Shown here: positions 1 to 8,263 of the stretch, piece after piece | How the letters are laid out: each line of letters starts with the position of its first letter | Numbering within the stretch: the first letter of the stretch is position 1 | Assembly: GCF_036323395.1 (NCBI RefSeq) | Contig: NZ_AP028907.1 | Span: 1,860,001 to 1,892,000, forward strand | DNA length: 32,000 bases | Source: Pyrodictium abyssi | GTDB taxonomy: Archaea > Thermoproteota > Thermoprotei_A > Sulfolobales > Pyrodictiaceae | Direction: 5' to 3' | Translations under genes and position numbers: made by a program | The notes under the pieces: model-generated | Database searches by the model: none | Told to the model about the DNA's origin: nothing | The model's input: the letters and a program-made list of their open reading frames with translations, nothing else

Positions 1-96
1 AGGTGACGTAAGCGTCAAGACTCTTCACCTTGGCTCCATCCGGGCTAGAAGCCCAGTGATATAACGGGTTTATGCACTGAGGTTGGCTTGCCGCGC

Positions 97-921
97 CTAA
101 AGTATAATACGTGTCCCGCTACCATGCCCCATTAACGCTGCGTAGGTATTCCCTTCACGCAGCCCATTTGTCACTAGGATTTCTCTTAGAGTAAGGCATC
201 GATTAGCCCTTATTGCGTCAAGCTTCCTCTTTATACCACCAGTTACGTCTATCTTGCTACCCGTCTTCTGCTGCTCCACTATGCTGCTCTCCTCCAGCTC
301 GTCCACATGGATCTCGTCTATCACCTTTCCATCAGCGTCAATTACACCATCTACATCCGTTACATAGACGACTAGAGGGCTGCCAAGACTGCAAGCCATT
401 TCTATTGCCAACTCGTCACCGGATACTATGCACCAACTTTCCCCACACGCATAGACATCGCCATAGACTAGCGGTGTGACGCCCACCTTCATGTCGCGGA
501 GAACGCTATTCCAGTTGCATCTGGGCACTAGCCCGTCAGGGTCGCAGAAGCTGTGCGGCGGGTATACTACTGGCTTTACCCCCTTAGACGCGAGTATATC
601 CGCCATAGCGAGCACTAGCTCGAACATATACATTGTTACTAGCGTGAGCGCGTCTGCCGGTGGAGCGTCCAGCATACGCGCGCTAGAAGCAGCCACGTGA
701 CCGTAGCTACCACCTCCAAGTACTATGCCTACCTTGATGCCGTTGCTTACTGCAGCCGCTATTTCTCCGGCTATACGGTTAGCTATAGCGTAGTTTAGCT
801 TAAACGTTCTTTTGTCCGTTATTACGCTGCCTCCAATCTTTATAACACGAACTCCAGGGTATCGCCCAGCCCTGCTCCGGGTTTGCATATCCCGTATACC
901 CTCTGAAGTGATGGTGTCCAC
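97..921 (-). CDS. ipk: isopentenyl phosphate kinase (amino-acid-kinase fold)
   Basis: 274-aa ORF. It has the N-terminal VIKIGGSVITDK motif and a VSGDELA segment typical of the IPK branch of the amino acid kinase family. It sits in the rps2-proximal isoprenoid neighbourhood common in archaea. The start is uncertain: ATG 921 overlaps the upstream ORF by 82 nt, and ATG 888 is the alternative. Confidence 0.75.
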   Translation of the reverse strand: MDTITSEGIRDMQTRSRAGRYPGVRVIKIGGSVITDKRTFKLNYAIANRIAGEIAAAVSNGIKVGIVLGGGSYGHVAASSARMLDAPPADALTLVTMYMFELVLAMADILASKGVKPVVYPPHSFCDPDGLVPRCNWNSVLRDMKVGVTPLVYGDVYACGESWCIVSGDELAIEMACSLGSPLVVYVTDVDGVIDADGKVIDEIHVDELEESSIVEQQKTGSKIDVTGGIKRKLDAIRANRCLTLREILVTNGLREGNTYAALMGHGSGTRIIL

Positions 922-1700
922 TTACACTCTGCGCGGGGTGTCTCAGCACCGTAGAGGAGGTAGAATACAGCATTGTCTACCCGCTGTACTAGTCTGAATA
1001 CCTCTGCTTCTCCTTCTCTTAGCCGTTTCACGGCCTCTACCACTGCTAGCCCACTCAGCCTTGTAAGCGCCGAGAAGAGGGGTTCTTCTAGTGCCTCTGC
1101 CGCCTCTTCTCCTATGTCCTCTTCTCCGACGAGCTCGAGTTCCAGCCTTATACCGGTACTTAGCTCTATGAGTTCTTCACCCTTCCTGTATACTATACTC
1201 TTGCCGAGCATAACGGCTTCACGGAGCCCATCTATGTAGTCCAGGCCTACGCCTGCCTCCGCGTCAATACTGCTAGCAGAGTCTAGCACTTCTCGCTGGT
1301 CTAGCTCGTAGCCTGCTGCATCGGCTATGCTCTTGACTAGCGCTAGTGTTGTCGCTGCATAGACCGAGGCAGCCGGGGGATATGATACGGGTTCGCCGAC
1401 ATTCACGGTGATATTGACTTTTATGGGCTGCTCAAGCCTTGCAGATAGTGTGTCTACAAAAGACTTCACCGCCAGGTCATAGCGCCATCCAAGCCTAACG
1501 CCATCTATTCTCGTGGTGGTCGTCTCGCTCTCTTCAACGTCAACATCTATTGACACAACCGGGTTAGGTGTCAAGAGTATTATGTAGGGGTTGGTTCTGC
1601 CCGGTAGCGGCACGCCCGCAAATACTATTGCTAGTGGAAACTCGTACAATGCTAGCCTCACACCCCGGTGCCGCAGGGCATGAATGCCACGTAGGCGCAA
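840..1700 (-). CDS. GHMP-kinase-superfamily-like protein with degenerate phosphate-binding motif, function unknown
   Basis: 286-aa ORF with a TTG start at 1700; an in-frame GTG 13 codons downstream is the alternative. The C-terminal CKPGAGLGDT resembles GHMP motif III (K.sGAGgGG). Where motif II (PxGxGLGSSAA) is expected the sequence reads EPVSYPPAASVYAATTLAL, so the glycines and serines are lost. It occupies the position between the MEMO-like gene and ipk where mevalonate kinase often sits. Confidence 0.5.
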   Translation of the reverse strand: MRLRGIHALRHRGVRLALYEFPLAIVFAGVPLPGRTNPYIILLTPNPVVSIDVDVEESETTTTRIDGVRLGWRYDLAVKSFVDTLSARLEQPIKVNITVNVGEPVSYPPAASVYAATTLALVKSIADAAGYELDQREVLDSASSIDAEAGVGLDYIDGLREAVMLGKSIVYRKGEELIELSTGIRLELELVGEEDIGEEAAEALEEPLFSALTRLSGLAVVEAVKRLREGEAEVFRLVQRVDNAVFYLLYGAETPRAECKWTPSLQRVYGICKPGAGLGDTLEFVL

Positions 1701-1721
1701 TCCTATGCTATAGGGCTAGGC

Positions 1722-2600
1722 CTAGTATACCTGTATAGATGCATAGCCCACTACACTGCTCTTATCTCCGGCTACATCGCCGCTTGTCGCGTATCTGAGG
1801 AGTTTAGCACTGCTAGCTCCCGCTCCGCGGGCGTAGTAGAGCATCGCCATTACTGGGCCCGGTCCGCACATGCTTATACTGTGCTTCTGTATAGTCTGGT
1901 AGAGTTTCAGAGGGTCCAGCTCTAGTATAGCCTCAATAGCCAGCTTGTCTTTAGCTACTGCTACGTCGTGGGGCTCGTAGTGTGTAAAGTCGCTGCTAGC
2001 TATCACTACGATGTCTCTACCAGTCTTCTCTGCTGCCTCTAGTATGGCTTTTCCCAGGTCTTCCGCTATTTCTGGGGTCTGTTCGTACACGACTATGGGG
2101 ACTATCCGGAATCTGTCCCCGAACATGTACTGGAGGAACGGCACCTGGACTTCGACGCTATGCTCGTATAGATGGGCCTTCTCGTCGGGAGCTGCGAAGC
2201 TGCTGGCACCAACTATCGCTCGTGCAAGCTCGGTATCAACCTCTACTTCGCCTAGTGGCGTGACCCATGCCCCACCCGGGTAGACTGATACTATTTCTCC
2301 TAGCCCGGTATGGTTGGGGCCTATGATTACGTAGGTTTCAGCTGGGCCCTCAGCTGCCATCTGGAAGTAGCTATTAGCAGCTATAGGGCCACTGTACATG
2401 TAGCCAGCGTGGGGCACAACAAAGCCCTTGCTTAATGGCTGTCTCTCATCGCTTACTACGGGGAGCTTGCCCGGGCCTAGAGGGTGGCGAAAGGCCCATT
2501 CTATCTGGGCCTTCAAGGCCTCTGCGTCGGCCTCGTAGAACATGCCAGCTACTGCTGGAAGCCTTTTACCTCCTATTATACGGCCCGAGTATATAGCCAT
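1722..2600 (-). CDS. MEMO1 family / AmmeMemoRadiSam system protein B
   Basis: 292-aa ORF with an ATG start. It begins PAVAGMFYE, contains VVPHAGYMYSG and IIGPNHTG, and ends SSVVGYASI. This is the characteristic motif set of the MEMO1/AmmeMemoRadiSam-B family. Confidence 0.85.
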   Translation of the reverse strand: MAIYSGRIIGGKRLPAVAGMFYEADAEALKAQIEWAFRHPLGPGKLPVVSDERQPLSKGFVVPHAGYMYSGPIAANSYFQMAAEGPAETYVIIGPNHTGLGEIVSVYPGGAWVTPLGEVEVDTELARAIVGASSFAAPDEKAHLYEHSVEVQVPFLQYMFGDRFRIVPIVVYEQTPEIAEDLGKAILEAAEKTGRDIVVIASSDFTHYEPHDVAVAKDKLAIEAILELDPLKLYQTIQKHSISMCGPGPVMAMLYYARGAGASSAKLLRYATSGDVAGDKSSVVGYASIQVY

Positions 2601-2796
2601 ACCATGCCACCACAGCTTCTAGAGTGCTAGGCCCAGCACTGGCTATACCATGGAGAGGAGTAATTCTGTTCCGCTATCGGACCTGTCAGTTATACCCTAG
2701 AACCGGCAACAGAGGCACACGATACAAGGATGTTGTAGGAGAAGGAGATACGACCCAGCCTTAAAACTGCGGCTAACTTAGGGCGCCGGTCTACGA

Positions 2797-3462
2797 CTAC
2801 CGCCGGCGCACCTTGAACTCGAAAGCTTCCGGAGGCTCGGGGAGGTCCTGGTCTGGCTGTAGCTTGCCCTGCTCTCTTAGTATCTCTCTTGCTAGTATCC
2901 AGTATGTCAGTGCCAGGCTCCTCCTACCCTTGTTGTTGACGGGTATAACGAGGTCTATGTTCTCTATGCGGTTGTCGGTGTCAGCGAGCGCTACTGTAGG
3001 TATGCCCATACGGGCAGCCTCGTCAACAGCCTGGCTGTCTGCGCGCGGATCGCTTATTATCACCACGTCCGGCTCCATATACCATTCAAGGCTAGGGTTG
3101 GTGAATGTACCCGGCAGTATCCTGCCGGTTAGGGCTTTACAGCCTAGGTAGGTGCAGAACTTTTGCACTGGCCTTTGGCCGTACTGTCTAACAGACACCG
3201 CTACTATCTTTGAGGGGTCGAAACGTGCTAGGAACTTGGCGGCTACTCTGAGCCTCTCATCGGTCTTTCTTATGTCGAGTATGTACAGGCCATCCGGCCT
3301 GACACGGTATACGAACTTCTTCATGTACGCCGTACATATATGCGTACCTATGTGCATGCCCGCAGAGAGGTAGCGCTCTAGGGGTACTAGCAGCTCAACA
3401 GTCCTACCGCCAATCTCCACCTGCTGACGGCCCAGCTCCTGGCTCACAACCATACACCCCAC
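2797..3462 (-). CDS. rps2: 30S ribosomal protein S2 (uS2)
   Basis: 221-aa [20 protein letters not shown] and the following uS2 core are recognisable. Start is GTG 3462 (possibly leaderless, see the TATA at 3486-3493) or ATG 3453. Confidence 0.95.
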   Translation of the reverse strand: MGCMVVSQELGRQQVEIGGRTVELLVPLERYLSAGMHIGTHICTAYMKKFVYRVRPDGLYILDIRKTDERLRVAAKFLARFDPSKIVAVSVRQYGQRPVQKFCTYLGCKALTGRILPGTFTNPSLEWYMEPDVVIISDPRADSQAVDEAARMGIPTVALADTDNRIENIDLVIPVNNKGRRSLALTYWILAREILREQGKLQPDQDLPEPPEAFEFKVRRR

Positions 3463-3485
3463 ACGGCCTGTGCATGTTTAGAGGC

Positions 3486-3493
3486 TAATATAA
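3486..3493 (-). promoter_or_regulatory. TATA-box-like element upstream of rps2
   Basis: The minus strand reads TTATATTA, centred about 27 nt upstream of GTG 3462, inside the flanking inverted repeat AGGC...GCCT. The spacing fits an archaeal TATA with a near-leaderless transcript. Confidence 0.4.
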
Positions 3494-3535
3494 GCCTGGC
3501 AGCTCTGGAGGAAGATTCAGACTGCCGAAACCACA

Positions 3536-3736
3536 TTACAATACACGTTTGAATCTGCGAACTTCGTATATCGCGGGCACATGGGCTAACAGCATCTTTC
3601 TGCAGCAATACCTCTTGATGCCAAGATCGTCTAGCACTTTGCCTGGCTCTTCACCGTTTTCAACACGCTTACGGAACTCTTCCCAATAATGAGCGAGAGG
3701 AGAACCGCAGGTAAAGCAGCGAACCGGTATTATCAA
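3536..3736 (-). CDS. rpoN: DNA-directed RNA polymerase subunit N (Rpo10)
   Basis: 66-aa ORF starting [11 protein letters not shown], with ...RYCCRKM later. This is the canonical Rpo10/RpoN zinc-binding sequence. The start codon is TTG. Confidence 0.95.
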   Translation of the reverse strand: MIIPVRCFTCGSPLAHYWEEFRKRVENGEEPGKVLDDLGIKRYCCRKMLLAHVPAIYEVRRFKRVL

Positions 3737-3742
3737 TACACG

Positions 3743-4207
3743 TCACCTGTAGCTCTTCTGCCAGCGCCTCCTAGCGCTCCTCCTCATTGGCTTCTCTGGC
3801 TCTGTCTGCCTAGGATCGCCAGCAAGCATAGATCTGTCATACTCCTCGTATATCTTGCGTAGCTCTTCGCTGCCTGTGTATGCTACTAGCCCTCTTGCTA
3901 TAGCCATCCTCACTGCATCCGCCTGGCTCATGTAGCCGCCTCCGCGGACATTAACACGTATGTCTACACTGTTGGCTATCTCCTCGCCTGCTAGCAGTAG
4001 GGGCTCCATCATCTTCCAGCGAGCCATCTCTATAGGCCATATCTCAATCGGTACACCGTTTATCCATACACGGCCCTTGCCAGGCTTTATCACGGCCCTA
4101 GCTATGCTGGTCTTCCTCTTGCCGCTGGAGATGACTATCCTTATCGGCTTCTCGGCCTGCACGTAGGCGCCGAGAACCCTAGGTGTCTGGACTGTTTCGC
4201 CTGTCAA
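3743..4207 (-). CDS. rps9: 30S ribosomal protein S9 (uS9)
   Basis: 154-aa ORF with GKRKTSIARA, GGGYMSQADAVR and a C-terminal KSYR, all typical of uS9. The TTG start overlaps the rpl13 TGA stop (cTTGAc), which suggests translational coupling. Confidence 0.95.
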   Translation of the reverse strand: MTGETVQTPRVLGAYVQAEKPIRIVISSGKRKTSIARAVIKPGKGRVWINGVPIEIWPIEMARWKMMEPLLLAGEEIANSVDIRVNVRGGGYMSQADAVRMAIARGLVAYTGSEELRKIYEEYDRSMLAGDPRQTEPEKPMRRSARRRWQKSYR

Positions 4208-4716
4208 GGCCTAGTAGCCACCCCCTTCCATCCGAGTCTCTGAGCGAGCTCGCCTACGCGTATAAACTTGTGACCCAGCCTCTTTGCGTCAGCGAACTCG
4301 AACTTCTGGAACTTCTTATTGCTTAGCTCTTCCGGCACACCTATGTATACACGTAGGCGGCGCGCAGCCTCACGTCCCTTCTGTTTGCTCTTAGGCAGCA
4401 TACCGAGGACCGCCTTACGGACTATGGCTATAGGGCTACGTGGCCGGTGTGGAGCCCACTTGTAGGGGTTCACGTGGACCTTGAGCTCCCACCATATACG
4501 GTAGCTCTTGATAACCATATGTGGGTCGCCGCTCACTACCGCCTTCTCCGCGTTGACTATGTAGACACGGTAGCCCTCCAGCAGCTTCTTTGCCACCTCA
4601 GATGCAAGCCTGCCCAGTACCTGGTCAGTCGCATCAATGTAGAGCACTCTTTCAGGAGGCCTAGGCGCCACGACCTTAGCCGCCATCTCTAACGTCCCCC
4701 ACCGCCCACGTTTCAT
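4204..4716 (-). CDS. rpl13: 50S ribosomal protein L13 (uL13)
   Basis: 170-aa ORF. IDATDQVLGRLAS..AKKLL.G and the MLP.....GR motif are typical of uL13. An alternative start is ATG 4686 (MAAKVV). Confidence 0.93.
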   Translation of the reverse strand: MKRGRWGTLEMAAKVVAPRPPERVLYIDATDQVLGRLASEVAKKLLEGYRVYIVNAEKAVVSGDPHMVIKSYRIWWELKVHVNPYKWAPHRPRSPIAIVRKAVLGMLPKSKQKGREAARRLRVYIGVPEELSNKKFQKFEFADAKRLGHKFIRVGELAQRLGWKGVATRP

Positions 4717-4725
4717 GGACTAAAG

Positions 4726-5097
4726 TCATATTATGATTTTCACTCTGCTGCCTCGTGGATTCTCCTCTATAAGCTGGAGTATGTGCACTGCTTTGCCTCC
4801 TGCAGCACGTATCTTCTCTACTGCCTGCCTGCTGAACCCGAGAGCAGCCACCGTTACAGGATGGTCTATACTGCCGGCGCCAAGCACTTTGCCGGGCACG
4901 ACGACGACGTCGCCGCTCTGCGTGTATCGGTTTATCTTACTGAGATTCACTTCTACGCGTAGCCGGCGTGGCCTATCGATTAGCTCTGCTACATACTTCC
5001 ATATAGGCGCGTTATTCCTGTTTGCAGCGCTCTTTAGCGCGCGTATCGTCTTTCTTACTATTATGTTTGTTGGCCCGGTTCTCTTCGTAGTCTGCAT
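4726..5097 (-). CDS. rpl18e: 50S ribosomal protein L18e (eL18)
   Basis: 123-aa ORF starting TKRTGPTNI.., with ...VNLSKINRYT..GDVVVVPGKVLG, which is the eL18 pattern. It is in the conserved position between rpoD and rpl13. Confidence 0.9.
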   Translation of the reverse strand: MQTTKRTGPTNIIVRKTIRALKSAANRNNAPIWKYVAELIDRPRRLRVEVNLSKINRYTQSGDVVVVPGKVLGAGSIDHPVTVAALGFSRQAVEKIRAAGGKAVHILQLIEENPRGSRVKIII

Positions 5098-5113
5098 GGA
5101 TGCTCACCCGGCG

Positions 5114-5953
5114 TTACCCTTCCTCCCGGCGTAGACGCGCTATCTCTGAGAGTAGGTTTTCAGCCTTCCTCACAATGGCTCGCGCTGCTTCACGCACAAT
5201 CTCCTCCGGAGGAAGAGCACCGGTAGACTCTATTTTCAGTAGAAACTGACTATCGTCAAAGCGTAGCTGGACAGCGTCACCACAGCGCTTTGTTGTACAC
5301 CAGTAGAGTGCCGAGGTGTTTATGTCCTCAGTTATCTTTAGTTCTCCCTTGCCCAGCTTTTTCATCTGCTCAGCTATCCACGGGTATGCAGCCTCTATAC
5401 ACTCAATGCACTCTTTGCTCGCCTTTTCCAGGTCAAAGCTAAGTATCGGGAGATACTTGTGGGCTGCTATGCTTACAGGCATCCATTTCGCGTGCTCGCG
5501 GCCGTAGCCTAGCCTCGCATAGGCTTGCAGCCTTAGCCTCTGGTCGGGAGCCATCACCACTATCGGTATATTGTCGTAGGCTGGCCTCACATCGGGATCG
5601 CTGCTCTCCAGGTCGCCGCTGTACACTATGCGTTCCTCCCTTGGGCCCGTTTCAACATCCAGGCGGAGTGTCACATAGCAGTCTGGGTCACCAAGCTGCG
5701 CATTGGCGCACTCTTCTGGGCTCTTATACTTCTTCAAAGCTTCGCTACTCGTGAGCGGTATCAATCCAAGCCTGTGAGCTATGATCTCATCGTAGAGCAC
5801 TGTATTGTTGTCAAACACCTCAACTATGTCCACAGCCATAACCGGTACATCTATGTAGCATGCACGCCTTATTGCATTCACGAGGGGGAGCGATACACCC
5901 TTTATTGCTATTCTGAGCTTATTGCCGGCCTTTTCGAGTATGCATATCTCCAT
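5114..5953 (-). CDS. rpoD: DNA-directed RNA polymerase subunit D (Rpo3)
   Basis: 279-aa ORF with VSLPLVNAIRR and IAHRLGLIPL motifs of Rpo3/RpoD. An insert carries four Cys (KECIECIE...WCTTKRCGD), consistent with the Fe-S cluster domain known in crenarchaeal subunit D. A GAGGT Shine-Dalgarno element lies 8 nt upstream of the ATG. Confidence 0.92.
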   Translation of the reverse strand: MEICILEKAGNKLRIAIKGVSLPLVNAIRRACYIDVPVMAVDIVEVFDNNTVLYDEIIAHRLGLIPLTSSEALKKYKSPEECANAQLGDPDCYVTLRLDVETGPREERIVYSGDLESSDPDVRPAYDNIPIVVMAPDQRLRLQAYARLGYGREHAKWMPVSIAAHKYLPILSFDLEKASKECIECIEAAYPWIAEQMKKLGKGELKITEDINTSALYWCTTKRCGDAVQLRFDDSQFLLKIESTGALPPEEIVREAARAIVRKAENLLSEIARLRREEG

Positions 5954-6107
5954 GGCTGTTACCTCTTATTTGCCTGGTCTAGTCACGCCCGAATTCTAAT
6001 AGCATTTTGAGCCGCGTTACCCGGTAGCGATACAACGGCAGAGAGGTGGAGATCCGAGAAATAGTGCATACAGGGTAAGCTGTAGCTGTGTTGAGGACGA
6101 TGCTGTC

Positions 6108-6509
6108 TTAGACGCGGCGGCCTCTTCTACCGCCAGGCCTGCGCGTAGTATCGTGTGGTATTGGCGTCACGTCCTCTATCCTGCCTATGATGAAGCCTGC
6201 TCTTGCTAGTGCACGTATTGCTGCCTGAGCGCCAGGGCCCGGCGTCTTGGGCCCATGGCCGCCGGGTGCACGTACCTTTATGTGGAGCGCAGCAATGCCT
6301 TTCTCCATTGCCTGCTGTGCAGCCCTGCTAGCTGCGAGCATAGCCGCGTAGGGGCTCGGCTTCTCTCTGTCAGCCTTTACCACCATTCCACCGCTAGCAC
6401 GTGCTACTGTCTCAGCACCCGTTAGGTCCGTTATGTGGATTATTGTGTTGTTGTAGCTAGAGTATATGTGAGCAACCCCCCACTTTATCTCACGAGCAGA
6501 GAACGCCAT
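6108..6509 (-). CDS. rps11: 30S ribosomal protein S11 (uS11)
   Basis: 133-aa ORF with [19 protein letters not shown] and a C-terminal [21 protein letters not shown], a clear uS11 signature. GGTGAGGAGG lies directly upstream of the ATG. Confidence 0.95.
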   Translation of the reverse strand: MAFSAREIKWGVAHIYSSYNNTIIHITDLTGAETVARASGGMVVKADREKPSPYAAMLAASRAAQQAMEKGIAALHIKVRAPGGHGPKTPGPGAQAAIRALARAGFIIGRIEDVTPIPHDTTRRPGGRRGRRV

Positions 6510-6551
6510 TCCTCCTCACCCTGAACCTACAACCTTTACATCATGGATTAT

Positions 6552-7088
6552 TTAGACAGATTCCATGGATTCTTCGGATTCACTGCCAGCTTCCTTAGCA
6601 CGCTTGGCGAGTGGACTTGTTGGTGCATAGTCTACTAGGTCTTCCTCGTCACGCTTTACGAGGTAGCCTGGGCTCCTTATTCTACGCCCAGCTATAGCTA
6701 TATGACCGTGCACTATTAGCTGGCGGGCCTCGTGTATGGAACGGGCTAGACCCTTCTTGTAGACTATTGTCTGTAGCCTTCTCTCTAGGAAGTGCTCCGC
6801 CGTTAGACCGAGTACGTCGTCGAGGGTCGCGTTCTCAGGGAGCACGCCCAGCTGGTGGAGGCGCGACAGTAGCGCCTTTTCCTCCTTGGCTCTTACCTCA
6901 GGGGGCAGAGCTAGTAGGCCACGCGCACGGTGGCGGAAGTACCTGGCAAGAGTCTCAAGCTTCCATAGCTCCTTCTTGTTACGAAGACCATACTTGCCCA
7001 TTAGGTCTATCTCGCGGAGCAGACGCTCCTTTATCCAGGGGTGCTTAGGACCCTCCCACTTTTTACGAGGCTTCTTAGGGTCGCCCAT
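6552..7088 (-). CDS. rps4: 30S ribosomal protein S4 (uS4)
   Basis: [18 protein letters not shown] is the canonical archaeal uS4 N-terminus, and an S4 RNA-binding domain ([18 protein letters not shown]) follows. The ORF track begins at GTG 7097. I prefer ATG 7088, which is preceded by GGGGTG. Confidence 0.93.
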   Translation of the reverse strand: MGDPKKPRKKWEGPKHPWIKERLLREIDLMGKYGLRNKKELWKLETLARYFRHRARGLLALPPEVRAKEEKALLSRLHQLGVLPENATLDDVLGLTAEHFLERRLQTIVYKKGLARSIHEARQLIVHGHIAIAGRRIRSPGYLVKRDEEDLVDYAPTSPLAKRAKEAGSESEESMESV

Positions 7089-7117
7089 GAGCGCCACCCC
7101 GGGCTAGTTTTCTAAGG

Positions 7118-7540
7118 CTACTTGCGCCTCTTCACACCAACAGTCATGCCTATACGGCCGGTTGTAGCCGTCCTCTGGCCGCGCACCTTGAGGCCGAGAG
7201 CGTGGCGTATACCTCTCCAGCTCTTAATCCTCTTCTCCCTCTCAATGTCCTTCTTGACGTAGTAGATTAGGTCAGCGCCTACCAGGTGTAGGTCCTTACC
7301 GGTCTCGTAGTCCTTACGCCTATTAAGCATCCATGCCGGGATGCCTATGGCGCTAGGGTTGGCTATAGCATTCTCTATCTTCTCCACCTCCGCATCGGTT
7401 AGGAATCCTATTCTCTTGTTCGGATCGATGCCCAATAGACGGCACAGAGCATATGAGAAGTTTATCCCGACGCCCTTTATGAGTGCCAGACCGTACACTA
7501 CCTTTAGGTCGCCTGGTATGTCTGTACCCATTATTCTCAC
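7118..7540 (-). CDS. rps13: 30S ribosomal protein S13 (uS13)
   Basis: 140-aa ORF from GTG 7540 with the uS13 core (IKGVGINFSYA..., WRGIRHALGLKVRGQRT.TTGR). The conserved N-terminal EQYRYIVRI segment continues in frame upstream to 7570 without any ATG/GTG/TTG, so the true start is probably upstream of 7540 (see finding). Confidence 0.93.
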   Translation of the reverse strand: MRIMGTDIPGDLKVVYGLALIKGVGINFSYALCRLLGIDPNKRIGFLTDAEVEKIENAIANPSAIGIPAWMLNRRKDYETGKDLHLVGADLIYYVKKDIEREKRIKSWRGIRHALGLKVRGQRTATTGRIGMTVGVKRRK

Positions 7541-7570
7541 GATGTACCTATACTGCTCGCTCAGGCCAGC

Positions 7571-7577
7571 TCACCTC
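7571..7577 (-). promoter_or_regulatory. Shine-Dalgarno-like GAGGTGA upstream of the rps13 extension
   Basis: The minus strand reads GAGGTGA, complementary to the archaeal 16S 3' end. It lies 6 nt before an in-frame CTG at 7562-7564. It is too far (30 nt) from GTG 7540 to serve that codon. Confidence 0.4.
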
Positions 7578-7646
7578 TGCCCCGTCTCCCGCGCAGAGAA
7601 TCCCCGCTCACCCGGCTGGATAAACCCCTCTATAAGTAGCGTTGCC

Positions 7647-7707
7647 TCAGCCGCCACGGTATCACGTCAGCGCCCCCAAAGGGCTCATATGGGCAAGTCC
7701 TCATCAC
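7647..7707 (-). ncRNA. candidate box C/D sRNA
   Basis: The minus strand reads GUGAUGA-GGACUUGCCCAU-AUGA-GCCCUUUGGGGGCG-CUGACGUG-AUACCGUGGCGG-CUGA. That is a perfect box C, a 12-nt spacer to a D'-like AUGA, a degenerate UGA-containing C', and exactly 12 nt to a perfect box D, 61 nt in total. There is no convincing terminal stem and the guide targets are not verified. Confidence 0.3.
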
Positions 7708-7792
7708 CGGGCCAGGCACTGGCCAGCCTATGACATGCCCACAAGTTTCTCGGAGAAACTGCGAGAGGTGAAGAGGGCGTGGACCGGGCGGC

Positions 7793-7867
7793 TGGTGCCG
7801 CCGCGGGGATTCGAACCCCGGACCGCCCGGTCTTCAGCCGGGCGCTCTCCCGCTGAGCTACGGCGGC
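7793..7867 (-). tRNA. tRNA-Phe (anticodon GAA)
   Basis: The reverse complement folds as a cloverleaf: GCCGCCG acceptor, anticodon stem CCCGG/CCGGG with loop CUGAAGA, T arm CGGGG-UUCGAAU-CCCCG, discriminator A and encoded CCA. Confidence 0.95.
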
Positions 7868-8030
7868 ACCGTGTATAGAAGCCACCGTGGCCAGGGGCTC
7901 TTAAGGCTAACCATTCATGGCGCTGCGAGAGGACTAGTCTCAGCTTTTCCGGCTCTCTTCATCCCTCATCCCGAGGTCAAGAGACCCTCTTCTCAGCACA
8001 ACCCGGCATCAAGGGTTATAATTACTCCCG

Positions 8031-8038
8031 CTTTTAGA
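8031..8038 (+). promoter_or_regulatory. TATA-box-like element for tRNA-Gly
   Basis: CTTTTAGA is centred about 24 nt upstream of the tRNA-Gly 5' end. A second A/T box, GTTATAATTA, lies at 8015-8024. Confidence 0.4.
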
Positions 8039-8057
8039 GTGATGCCTATGTGGGGGC

Positions 8058-8136
8058 GCGGCGGTCGTCTAGCCTGGACTAGGACGCCGGCCTTCCAAGC
8101 CGGTGATCCCGGGTTCAAATCCCGGCCGCCGCACCA
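8058..8136 (+). tRNA. tRNA-Gly (anticodon UCC)
   Basis: GCGGCGG acceptor pairs with CCGCCGC, the anticodon stem is CCGGC/GCCGG with loop CUUCCAA, the T arm is CCGGG-UUCAAAU-CCCGG, and CCA is encoded. Confidence 0.95.
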
Positions 8137-8263
8137 AACCATAATCCAGCGCCTCTATCCACATCGGTTCCCGCTTGCCGTGTCCCTTGTTCTTCTACCT
8201 CTTCTACCCATACTTTCGCCTCTCAGTATACTGCAGGCTAGGAGCCGAGGACCCGGGAAGAGT

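Noticed and set aside
7871-8263. The N-terminal 131 codons of the 607-aa ORF 7871-9694.
   Set aside because: This part reads straight through the tRNA-Gly gene (8058-8136) and its promoter and is Pro/Arg/Leu-rich junk. The first ATG after the tRNA (8264) gives a sensible HerA-type protein, so the extension is an ORF-caller artefact.
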